33,235 bases of DNA, from NCBI GenBank assembly GCA_020063525.1, contig JAGUUJ010000035.1:1-33235 (forward strand), written 5' to 3'. The DNA is from Candidatus Omnitrophota bacterium (GTDB taxonomy: Bacteria; Omnitrophota; Gorgyraeia; Gygaellales; Profunditerraquicolaceae). Made by a program: the position numbers and the translations under genes. The notes beneath the pieces are model-generated. The model saw only the letters and a list, made by a program, of their open reading frames with translations, ran no database searches and was not told the DNA's origin. Shown piece by piece: positions 25,664-32,988 of this stretch; position 1 is the first letter of the stretch, and each line of letters begins with the position of its first letter.

Positions 25664-26236
25664 ATCGCTAACAGATTAACGCTATTAAGAATTGTTCTTA
25701 CTTTTGTATTTATGTTCTTCCTGTTTTGCCACGGGCTGTGGGCAAAAGTCTTAAGTTTGGCGATTTTTATCTTCGCAGCTCTATCGGACTTTTTTGACGG
25801 CAGAATTGCGCATAAGAAAAATATGGTTACTGATTTCGGAAAACTCATGGACCCGATTGCAGACAAGATTTTAGTATTGGCAGCATTCACTGCTTTTGTC
25901 CAGATGCAATTAATCGATGCCTGGATGTTTGTAATTATTGTATCGCGTGAAATATTAATTACATCATTACGCCTATTTGCGCTTAATAAAGGAAAGGTAT
26001 TATCAGCAGCCAAAGCAGGAAAACATAAGACAGTATCTCAGATGGCAGTGATATTCTATATATTAGGATTTATTGTTTTAAAGGAAGTCATGAAGGCATT
26101 TTTCACCTGGAATCCTGCCTGGGAAAGGTTCTTCCGCAATAGTGTGTATGTTCTTATGCTACTCACTGTCGGGCTTACTCTTTATTCAGGCCTCTACTAT
26201 CTTTGGGAGAACCGTAAAGTAATTACTAAACTCTAA
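25658..26236 (+). CDS. pgsA: CDP-diacylglycerol--glycerol-3-phosphate 3-phosphatidyltransferase
   Basis: 192 aa with a GTG start. CDP-alcohol phosphotransferase motif DGRIAHKKNMVTDFGKLMDPIADK (DGx2A[R/H]x8Gx3Dx3D) and multiple TM segments. Confidence 0.9.
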   Translation: MNIANRLTLLRIVLTFVFMFFLFCHGLWAKVLSLAIFIFAALSDFFDGRIAHKKNMVTDFGKLMDPIADKILVLAAFTAFVQMQLIDAWMFVIIVSREILITSLRLFALNKGKVLSAAKAGKHKTVSQMAVIFYILGFIVLKEVMKAFFTWNPAWERFFRNSVYVLMLLTVGLTLYSGLYYLWENRKVITKL

Positions 26237-26254
26237 CCCTTCTTTTTTATCGTG

Positions 26255-26304
26255 AATCCCGTTAGAAATTTGTATTTCTATCGGGATTTATTTCTAACGG
26301 GATG
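26255..26304 (+). promoter_or_regulatory. family 3 element, copy 2: one 5' arm with two alternative 3' arms, the distal one covering the pgpA ATG
   Basis: A is aatcccgttagaaat (26255-26269). B' is atttctatcgggatt (26274-26288), complementary at 14 of 15 positions with a 4-nt loop. C' is atttctaacgggat (26290-26303), complementary at 14 of 14 with a 20-nt loop. C' includes the first two nt (AT) of the pgpA ATG (26302-26304). Confidence 0.7.
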
Positions 26305-26769
26305 AATATATTCAATTTTATTATCAAGACAATAACGACATTTTTTTATGCAGGGTATCTGCCATTTATACCCGGGACATTTGCCAGTATAGCCGCTATA
26401 TTTCTATTTTATTTCGTCAAAGACAATAATTTTATATATATATTATTAACTCTAACTTTGATAGCCTTAGGATTTTTATTGTCCGGTAGGGCGGAGAAGA
26501 TATTTAATAAGAAAGACGCAGGATGTATTGTGATAGATGAGGTTTCCGGTATGCTATTAAGCCTTATATTTATACCTTACGATATAAAATTAGTAATTCT
26601 GGCCTTTATTTTATTCCGTATCTTAGACGCTTTAAAACCTTTCCCTTTAGATAGACTGCAGAGTTTAACCGGTAGTATAGGCATAATGAGCGATGATATT
26701 GTTGCCGGCCTTTACACGAATATTATTCTTCAAGTAGCTTTAAGATTAGTTTCCTTTAAGACTTCGTAG
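26302..26769 (+). CDS. pgpA: phosphatidylglycerophosphatase A
   Basis: 155 aa. YLPFIPGTFASI and VIDEVSG...FRILDALKPFP match the PgpA pattern. It follows pgsA, which is the preceding pathway step. Confidence 0.85.
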   Translation: MNIFNFIIKTITTFFYAGYLPFIPGTFASIAAIFLFYFVKDNNFIYILLTLTLIALGFLLSGRAEKIFNKKDAGCIVIDEVSGMLLSLIFIPYDIKLVILAFILFRILDALKPFPLDRLQSLTGSIGIMSDDIVAGLYTNIILQVALRLVSFKTS

Positions 26770-27299
26770 ATAGGGCCGTGTGGGGTGAGCGTGCTTTTAA
26801 ATAAAGTAATCTTAGTAACATAAAATTCTAACTTTTCCCCGCCTAATTCAGCTTTATTCTTCAAATCCTGAACCAACTTTTCCCGATTTAAAGAAGATCT
26901 TGTTCTGCCGATAGTTATATGCGAAGAAAACGGCCTGTCTTCTTTGGGAATGCCGATTTTGGCGATTTTTTCTTCTAATTCATCGGCTATGCCTTTGGTC
27001 TCTTTATCTCCTGTATCAACGCCTACCCAGATTACGCGGGGAAAATCTATTTTTGGGAATGCCCCCAGAGAAGAAATATGCATCTGAAATTTATTTTTTT
27101 CTCTGGCTATGTCAAAGATAATTTTAGTAATCTTCTCTATTTTTTTATCGTCAATTTCACCCAGGAACTTTAAAGTTAAATGTATGTTATTCGGCTCAAC
27201 CCATTTAACATCTGCTCCTGCGTTCCTTAGTTGTTCTTGAAGATGGCTTAAAGAATTTTTTATTTCGCTGGGTAACTCAATCGCAATAAATGTCCTCAT
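26730..27299 (-). CDS. thpR: RNA 2',3'-cyclic phosphodiesterase (2H family, ThpR/LigT)
   Basis: 189 aa. Starts MRTFIAIELP and has two HxT motifs (HLTLKFLG and HITIGRT). Confidence 0.85.
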   Translation of the reverse strand: MRTFIAIELPSEIKNSLSHLQEQLRNAGADVKWVEPNNIHLTLKFLGEIDDKKIEKITKIIFDIAREKNKFQMHISSLGAFPKIDFPRVIWVGVDTGDKETKGIADELEEKIAKIGIPKEDRPFSSHITIGRTRSSLNREKLVQDLKNKAELGGEKLEFYVTKITLFKSTLTPHGPIYEVLKETNLKAT

Positions 27300-27772
27300 A
27301 TCTTAAGCATCCTTTTTAATAATTCTAGACTCTTAAAAACTGCTTTTTTTCTTATAATGGCTCGGTTGCCGCTAAAGTTAAATTTCTTGCAGATTTTCTT
27401 ATTTTTTGTATCAATAGCGATAAATACCGTGCCCACGGGTTTTTCTTTTGAGCCGCCGCCAGGCCCGGCAATCCCTGTTATGCCAATGCCAGAATCTGCC
27501 TTAGCTATTAATCTTACTGATTTTGCCAGGAGTTCAGCTACATTTTTTGAGACCGCGCCTCTTTTGGCAATAATATTTGCGGGTATCTTTAAAATATTTT
27601 CTTTTGCCTTGTTACTATAAACAACCATTCCTAAGATAAAGTATTTAGAACTGCCGGGTATTTGGGTAAGAAAGTTAGAGAGGAGTCCGCCGGTGCAGGA
27701 TTCAGCTACCGCGATAGATTTTTTCTTTTTTATCAAGAGGTTATGTATCTGACTTACAACATGTTCCACCAT
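27296..27772 (-). CDS. pncC: CinA C-terminal domain protein / nicotinamide-nucleotide amidohydrolase PncC-like
   Basis: IAVAESCTGGLLS, VVYSNKAKENIL, GAVS, GITGIAGPGGGSKEKPVGTVFIA. I start it at the internal ATG (MVEHVV..., 27772). The 27832 start would run through the rib promoter and abut the FMN riboswitch. Its stop overlaps the thpR start by 4 nt. Confidence 0.8.
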   Translation of the reverse strand: MVEHVVSQIHNLLIKKKKSIAVAESCTGGLLSNFLTQIPGSSKYFILGMVVYSNKAKENILKIPANIIAKRGAVSKNVAELLAKSVRLIAKADSGIGITGIAGPGGGSKEKPVGTVFIAIDTKNKKICKKFNFSGNRAIIRKKAVFKSLELLKRMLKI

Positions 27773-27800
27773 TAATAATATTATAACGGTTTTAAATATA

Positions 27801-27828
27801 TTGACAAGATAAGTTTTTTTGTTATAAT
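27801..27828 (+). promoter_or_regulatory. sigma70-type promoter for the rib operon (TTGACA-16-TGT-TATAAT)
   Basis: TTGACA 27801-27806, TATAAT 27823-27828 preceded by TGT (extended -10). It sits about 10 nt upstream of the riboswitch P1. Confidence 0.6.
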
Positions 27829-27838
27829 ACATTTACGT

Positions 27839-27956
27839 TAATCTTCGGGAAAGGGCGTAATTCCCAACTGGTAGTAAAGCCTACGAGCTCCGGTTTTTGG
27901 AGCAGATCAAGTGCAATCCTTGAGCCAATAGTTAAAGTCTAGAAGGAAGAAGATTA
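27839..27956 (+). promoter_or_regulatory. FMN riboswitch (RFN element) aptamer
   Basis: P1 is taatcttc (27839-27846) with gaagatta (27949-27956). Conserved RFN cores are present: AGGGCGUAAUUCCCAACUGGUAGUAAAGCCUACGAGC and GAUCAAGUGCAAUCCUUGAGCCAAUAGUUAAAGUCUAGAAGGAAGAAG. It lies directly upstream of ribBA. Confidence 0.92.
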
Positions 27957-27966
27957 TCAATTTCTT

Positions 27967-27992
27967 ACCCGAAGATTATCTTCGGGTTTTTT
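27967..27992 (+). terminator. riboswitch expression-platform intrinsic terminator
   Basis: acccgaaga-tta-tcttcgggt stem followed by TTTTTT. The 3' arm ATCTTCGGG is identical to the P1 5' strand (27841-27849). The terminator 5' arm can therefore pair with either one, giving an antiterminator/terminator switch. Confidence 0.8.
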
Positions 27993-28019
27993 ATTAACAC
28001 AGATTACACAGATTAAAAT

Positions 28020-29231
28020 ATGTTCAATACAATCCCAGAAATGTTGGATGACTTAAAAGGTGGCAGGATGGTCATTGTCGTGGATGACGAAGATCGCGAA
28101 AATGAAGGCGACCTGGTAATGGCCGCGTCTAATGTTTTGCCCGATGATATAAATTTTATGGCGAAGAACGGCCGAGGGCTCATCTGTGTGCCTATGGAAG
28201 AAGAGAGATTGAAGGAATTAGCTTTACAGCCAATGCTAGAAGGCAAAGAGCTATATAATAGAAAAGATCCTTTTTCTACTGCCTGGATGATTTCAGTAGA
28301 TGCTGCCAAAGGTATAACCACGGGAATTTCTGCTTATGACCGAGCTCGCACCATAGAAGTTCTTATAAATCCCCAAACCAGGCCTGAAGATTTAATTAGG
28401 CCGGGTCATATTTTTCCTTTGAAGGCACTTAAGGGCGGAGTTTTAGTCAGGGCAGGCCATACTGAGGCAACCATAGATTTTATGAGATTGACCGGTCTTT
28501 ATCCCGCAGGCGTAATATGCGAAATTATGAATGACAATGGTCAGATGGCCAGACTCCCCCAGTTACTGGAATTTGCCCAACAATATAGCCTAAAGATCTG
28601 TTCTATTGCCGACCTTATTCAATACCGTAGGCGTTTCGAAAAATTAATTGAGCGGGTTTCGCAGACTATTATCCCTACAGAATACGGCACTTACAAGTTA
28701 ATATTGTATCGGGATCTGATTAATAACCAGTTTCATATTGCGCTTACTATGGGTGAATTAGATAATACGGCAACGTTTGTCCGGGTGCATTCTGAGTGTC
28801 TAACCGGTGATGTGTTTGGCTCTCTGCGTTGTGATTGCGGAAGGCAATTGAAGATAGCGACGGAGATTATCGGTAAGGAAAAGAAAGGCGTTATCCTTTA
28901 TATGAGCCAAGAGGGCCGCGGTATTGGGCTTGTAGATAAAATCAAGGCCTATAGCTTGCAAGATAAGGGTCTTGATACAGTAGAGGCAAATGAGGCATTA
29001 GGATATAAAGCAGACCTTAGAGATTACGGGATAGGCGCACAAGTTCTTGTAGACTTAGGTCTCAAGAACATTAGACTCCTGACAAATAATCCCCGTAAGA
29101 TTGTAGGTTTAGAGGGCTATGGCCTTGTGGTTATTGAGCGCGTTCCTTTAGAGATTGCACCTAATCCTTTGAATTACAATTATCTCAAGACCAAAAAAGA
29201 AAAACTGGGCCATAATTTGAATATAGATTAA
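28020..29231 (+). CDS. ribBA: bifunctional 3,4-dihydroxy-2-butanone-4-phosphate synthase / GTP cyclohydrolase II
   Basis: 403 aa. DHBPS N-terminal half ([22 protein letters not shown]) and GCH-II half ([27 protein letters not shown]). Confidence 0.95.
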   Translation: MFNTIPEMLDDLKGGRMVIVVDDEDRENEGDLVMAASNVLPDDINFMAKNGRGLICVPMEEERLKELALQPMLEGKELYNRKDPFSTAWMISVDAAKGITTGISAYDRARTIEVLINPQTRPEDLIRPGHIFPLKALKGGVLVRAGHTEATIDFMRLTGLYPAGVICEIMNDNGQMARLPQLLEFAQQYSLKICSIADLIQYRRRFEKLIERVSQTIIPTEYGTYKLILYRDLINNQFHIALTMGELDNTATFVRVHSECLTGDVFGSLRCDCGRQLKIATEIIGKEKKGVILYMSQEGRGIGLVDKIKAYSLQDKGLDTVEANEALGYKADLRDYGIGAQVLVDLGLKNIRLLTNNPRKIVGLEGYGLVVIERVPLEIAPNPLNYNYLKTKKEKLGHNLNID

Positions 29232-29269
29232 GTGAGCGCATAAGTTGTGTGCTCATTAAAGGAGGAAAA

Positions 29270-29737
29270 ATGGTAAGGACAATAGAAGGTAACTTAATTG
29301 CCAAGGGTAAGAAGTTTGGTATCATTGCCTCGCGTTTTAACGATTTTATTACCAAAGAATTAGTTAGTGGTTGCTTGGATATGTTAACCAGGCACGGAGC
29401 CAATAACGAAGATTTGTCAATCACCTGGGTTCCCGGAGCATTTGAGGTTCCCCTGCTTGCGCAAAGATTGGCGAAATCAAAATCATATGATGCATTGATC
29501 TGTTTAGGTACAATTATCCGGGGCTCGACGCCGCATTTTGAATATATCGCCTCAGAAGTAGCCAAGGGTATAGCCAAAGTTTCATTAGATACGGGCCTGC
29601 CCGTAATCTTTGGTATTATTACTGCGGATACTATTGAACAGGCAATAGAGCGCGCTGGCACAAAAGAAGGGAACAAAGGCAGAGACGCTGCATTATCTGC
29701 TATTGAAATGGTTAATCTATTAACGCAACTAAAATAA
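29270..29737 (+). CDS. ribH: 6,7-dimethyl-8-ribityllumazine synthase
   Basis: Start placed at ATG 29270 (MVRTIEGNL), which follows AGGAGG (29260-29265) after a 4-nt spacer. This gives 155 aa. [34 protein letters not shown]. Confidence 0.93.
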   Translation: MVRTIEGNLIAKGKKFGIIASRFNDFITKELVSGCLDMLTRHGANNEDLSITWVPGAFEVPLLAQRLAKSKSYDALICLGTIIRGSTPHFEYIASEVAKGIAKVSLDTGLPVIFGIITADTIEQAIERAGTKEGNKGRDAALSAIEMVNLLTQLK

Positions 29738-29740
29738 CAA

Positions 29741-29824
29741 GTTTCGTTAATTCCGTTAGGATCGTTATGCCCGTTAAGCCAGTTTTTGTTAACGAGCAAA
29801 ACGAACTAAACGAGCAAAACGAGT
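29741..29824 (+). repeat. dyad of 4 x CGTT(A) and 4 x AACG motifs in 9-nt phasing between ribH and nusB
   Basis: CGTT starts at 29745, 29754, 29763 and 29772. AACG starts at 29791, 29800, 29809 and 29818. The right half is an 18-nt tandem duplication (aacgagcaaaacgaacta / aacgagcaaaacgagtga). The halves are partly complementary. Confidence 0.75.
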
Positions 29825-29825
29825 G

Positions 29826-30242
29826 ATGCGTAAACGTACCAAGGCAAGAGAATTTGCTTTGCAGGTGCTTTATCAGACAGATATTACACATGATAGTTAT
29901 GATGTCTCGCTGAATAATTTTTGGGCCGCGCATAGCGAAGAGAATATAGAAGAAGAGATAAAAAAATTTACCGATGAATTAGTTAAAGGCGTAACTGAAA
30001 ATCTAGAGGTAATTGATGCAAAGATCGCTCAATACGCAACCAACTGGCAACTCAAGCGTATGGCAGTGGTGGATAGAAATATTTTACGAATGGGGTGTTT
30101 TGAGCTTATTTTTCGCGAAGATATTCCTTTTAAAGTATCTATTAATGAGGCAGTGGAATTAGCCAAGAAATATTCGAGTTTAGAAGCGAGTAAATTTGTC
30201 AATGGCATACTGGATAAGATAAATTTAGAAAAGGACAAATGA
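29826..30242 (+). CDS. nusB: transcription antitermination factor NusB
   Basis: RTKAREFALQVLYQ..., AVVDRNILRMGCFEL, INEAVELAKKY, KFVNGILDKI. ATG at 29826, immediately preceded by an in-frame GTG at 29823. Confidence 0.9.
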   Translation: MRKRTKAREFALQVLYQTDITHDSYDVSLNNFWAAHSEENIEEEIKKFTDELVKGVTENLEVIDAKIAQYATNWQLKRMAVVDRNILRMGCFELIFREDIPFKVSINEAVELAKKYSSLEASKFVNGILDKINLEKDK

Positions 30243-31060
30243 AATTTGCCGACCTGCATTTACACACCATATTCTCAGATGGTACATACACACCCCAAGA
30301 GCTTATTTCGGAGAGCGTAAGGAGCGGCCTGTCCGCAATTGCGGTTGTTGACCATGATACCGTTTTGGGAATAGAACCTGCGATAAAAATAGCTAAGATA
30401 AAAAATATCGAAGTCTTAGCAGGCATAGAACTATCTGCCGAATACGACGGCTTGGAAGTGCATATCCTGGGATATTTAATTGATTATAAAAGGGAAAACT
30501 TTATAGATAAGTTAGAGGTTTTGAAAGAAAATCGTATTGAACGTATCTATAAAATAGTGGATAAGCTGAAAAATATGGATGTGATGCTTGAGGCTGAGTC
30601 CGTATTTGCTCTTGCCAGAGGTGGCACAGTAGGAAGGCTGCACGTTGCCAGGGCAATGGTCAGTGCGGGTTTGATTAGTTCTACGGCAGAGGCCTTCCGA
30701 AAATATATCGGCGATAAATGCCCTGCCTATGTCTGCAATTTTAGATTCTCACCGTCCGAGGCCATAAAGCTAATCAAGGAAGTAGGCGGCATTCCTGTCC
30801 TGGCTCATCCCTATACTCTCAATAACGATGAATTAATTCCTAAATTTGTTGCTCACGGCCTCATGGGCTTAGAGGTATATTATTCTGAACATACTCAGGC
30901 GATGGTTAATTTTTATCTGGGTTTAGCCAAAAAGCACAATTTATTGGTTACCGGAGGCTCAGATTGTCATGGTAATGCTAAAACCGAAGTTAAGATAGGT
31001 TCAGTTAAAATTCCATATGAGCTGGTGGAGAAGTTAAAAGAAGCGCAACTTAAGATTTAA
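30239..31060 (+). CDS. PHP-domain metal-dependent phosphoesterase (TrpH/YciV-like)
   Basis: 273 aa. PHP metal-ligand pattern DLHLHT, VVDHDT, GIELS, HILGY, LAHP, SEH, GGSDCHG. ATGA overlap with the nusB stop, and only 4 nt before ribD. Confidence 0.85.
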   Translation: MKFADLHLHTIFSDGTYTPQELISESVRSGLSAIAVVDHDTVLGIEPAIKIAKIKNIEVLAGIELSAEYDGLEVHILGYLIDYKRENFIDKLEVLKENRIERIYKIVDKLKNMDVMLEAESVFALARGGTVGRLHVARAMVSAGLISSTAEAFRKYIGDKCPAYVCNFRFSPSEAIKLIKEVGGIPVLAHPYTLNNDELIPKFVAHGLMGLEVYYSEHTQAMVNFYLGLAKKHNLLVTGGSDCHGNAKTEVKIGSVKIPYELVEKLKEAQLKI

Positions 31061-31064
31061 ATAT

Positions 31065-32162
31065 ATGATAAGAAACCACGAATATTTTATGGATTTAGCC
31101 TTTAGGCTATCCTTAAAAGGAAAAGGCAGGACTTCGCCGAATCCTGTGGTAGGGGCTTTAGTCGTCAAAAACGGCCGAATTGTAGGCCGCGGATATCATG
31201 AGAAAGCGGGTCTGCCTCATGCAGAAGCCATAGCTTTGGATGATGCAGGCGTAAAAGCAAACGGTGCAACTTTATACGTAACCCTGGAACCCTGTACGCA
31301 TTTTGGCAGAACCCCTCCTTGTGTAGATAAAATAATTAAAAGCGGAATAAAAAAAATTATTGTGGGCATGATCGATCCAAATCCCCTTAATAACGGAAAA
31401 GGTATCCAGATACTTAGGCAGGAGAAGATAAAAGTTGAGGTTGGATTCTTAGAAGAAAAATTAAGGAAATTAAATGAAGCTTTTATAAAATATATTACCC
31501 GCAAAATTCCCTTTGTTGCGGTTAAAGTAGGGCAGTCTTTAGATGGTAAGATTGCCACTCGAACCGGCGATTCTAAATGGATAACTTCCGACAGGTCGCG
31601 CGCTTATGCGCACCGCCTGCGCTCAAACTACGATGCGATTATGGTCGGTGTGAATACGATATTGAGAGATAACCCAAAGCTTGATGCCTGGTTTTCCAAG
31701 AAACAACCCATAAAAATTGTAGTAGATAGCCAATTAAGTATCCACCAGGAAGCAAGCGTATTTTCTCACAAAAGTTCTGTGATAATTGTTACTTTACCGG
31801 TCAAGATGGGTCAGGAGACCGAGAATAAAAAAATACTGGCTCAGAAAGCAAAGATTCTAGAGGTAAAAGAAAAGACAGGCCAGATAAATCTAAAAGATAT
31901 GATGAAAAAGTTAGCGCAGCTGGAAATAACTAATATTCTTGTTGAAGGCGGAGGAACATTGATAGGCGGGCTCTTTGATGAAGGGCTTGTAGATAAGGTA
32001 TTATTCTTTATTGGCCCAAAGATTATCGGCGGTAAAGAGGCGATTAGCTCGGTTATGGGTAGAGGTATCGCCCGTATAGATAAGGCAGTTAAGTTAAAGG
32101 GAGTTGAATTAAGAAGAATAGGTGAAGACTTTCTGGTAGAAGGATACGTGAAACCTGTATAG
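31065..32162 (+). CDS. ribD: bifunctional diaminohydroxyphosphoribosylaminopyrimidine deaminase / 5-amino-6-(5-phosphoribosylamino)uracil reductase
   Basis: 365 aa. Deaminase zinc motifs HAEAIAL and LEPCTHFGRTPPC. Reductase half has KVGQSLDGKIA and EGGGTL. Confidence 0.93.
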   Translation: MIRNHEYFMDLAFRLSLKGKGRTSPNPVVGALVVKNGRIVGRGYHEKAGLPHAEAIALDDAGVKANGATLYVTLEPCTHFGRTPPCVDKIIKSGIKKIIVGMIDPNPLNNGKGIQILRQEKIKVEVGFLEEKLRKLNEAFIKYITRKIPFVAVKVGQSLDGKIATRTGDSKWITSDRSRAYAHRLRSNYDAIMVGVNTILRDNPKLDAWFSKKQPIKIVVDSQLSIHQEASVFSHKSSVIIVTLPVKMGQETENKKILAQKAKILEVKEKTGQINLKDMMKKLAQLEITNILVEGGGTLIGGLFDEGLVDKVLFFIGPKIIGGKEAISSVMGRGIARIDKAVKLKGVELRRIGEDFLVEGYVKPV

Positions 32163-32214
32163 GGACTGTTCCCGTCAGAGCTATAACGAAACAGTTTAAA
32201 GGGGGCTGTCCCTA
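32160..32214 (+). repeat. conserved junction hairpin, family 1, copy 2 (overlaps the ribD stop codon)
   Basis: tagggactgttccc (32160-32173) and gggggctgtcccta (32201-32214) around a 27-nt loop. Arm differences relative to copy 1 are T-G wobble-compatible. The central T/T mismatch is retained. Confidence 0.75.
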
Positions 32215-32224
32215 AAAAATAGCT

Positions 32225-32806
32225 ATGTTTACTGGCATAATTGAAGAATTAGGTGAATTAAAGAAGATATCTAAACGGGGTAATGTTACTTTATTTGAAA
32301 TCCAAGCAAAAAAGATACTGGAGGGTGTCTTTATAGATGACAGCATTTCTGTAAACGGTACTTGTTTAACCTTGATAGAAAACAAATCAGGGGTTTTAAG
32401 TTTTGAGGTTATGCCCCAGACCTTTAACGTCACTAATCTGAGGACGTTAAAGATAAAGGATAAGGTAAATCTGGAACGCGCCTTAAAGATAGGAGACAGG
32501 CTCTCCGGCCATTTTGTTACTGGCCATATTGACTCAACCGGTATTATTCGGCGCAAAAATTATATAAACGATAATTTGTGTTTTGAAATAGCTATACCCA
32601 CCAAATTTATGCATTATGTTTTACTTCAGGGCTCTATAGCTGTTGATGGCATCAGCTTAACTATTGTAGATAAAAGATCAAATACATTTACCGTTTATAT
32701 AATCCCCCACACCCTTAAAAATACCACCTTAGGTTTTAAGGGCCCCTCGGATAAAGTCAATATTGAATTCGATATCCTCACCAAAAGAGCCAACGCTAGC
32801 ATTTAA
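32225..32806 (+). CDS. ribE: riboflavin synthase alpha chain
   Basis: 193 aa. MFTGIIEELG N-terminus and two homologous lumazine-binding repeats (SISVNGTCLT and SIAVDGISLT). Confidence 0.93.
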   Translation: MFTGIIEELGELKKISKRGNVTLFEIQAKKILEGVFIDDSISVNGTCLTLIENKSGVLSFEVMPQTFNVTNLRTLKIKDKVNLERALKIGDRLSGHFVTGHIDSTGIIRRKNYINDNLCFEIAIPTKFMHYVLLQGSIAVDGISLTIVDKRSNTFTVYIIPHTLKNTTLGFKGPSDKVNIEFDILTKRANASI

Positions 32807-32843
32807 ACAATACAAATCCTCACATTATGTTAACTTCTAATTA

Positions 32844-32872
32844 TTGCCAATCTCATTAATTTTTGTTATACT
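32844..32872 (+). promoter_or_regulatory. sigma70-type promoter upstream of tRNA-Pro (TTGCCA-17-TATACT)
   Basis: TTGCCA 32844-32849, 17-nt spacer, TATACT 32867-32872. This implies a leader of about 110 nt before the tRNA. Confidence 0.5.
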
Positions 32873-32925
32873 AATTCGATATAATATAAGGGTACCGTTT
32901 TTCCGACAAGTAATAGATTGAAAAA

Positions 32926-32972
32926 CGAGGCGTGGCTCATCCTACACTAAAGCGTTGTAGGATTTCGCCACG
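32926..32972 (+). other. tRNA-like partial duplicate / minihelix in the tRNA-Pro leader
   Basis: CGAGGCGTGGCTCA (32926-32939) matches the first 14 nt of the tRNA (CGGGGCGTGGCTCA) at 13 of 14 positions. cgaggcg (32926-32932) can pair with cgccacg (32966-32972) at 6 of 7 positions, enclosing a 7-bp hairpin tcctaca/tgtagga (32940-32962). Confidence 0.35.
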
Positions 32973-32988
32973 GAGGCAAAAAGATTAA

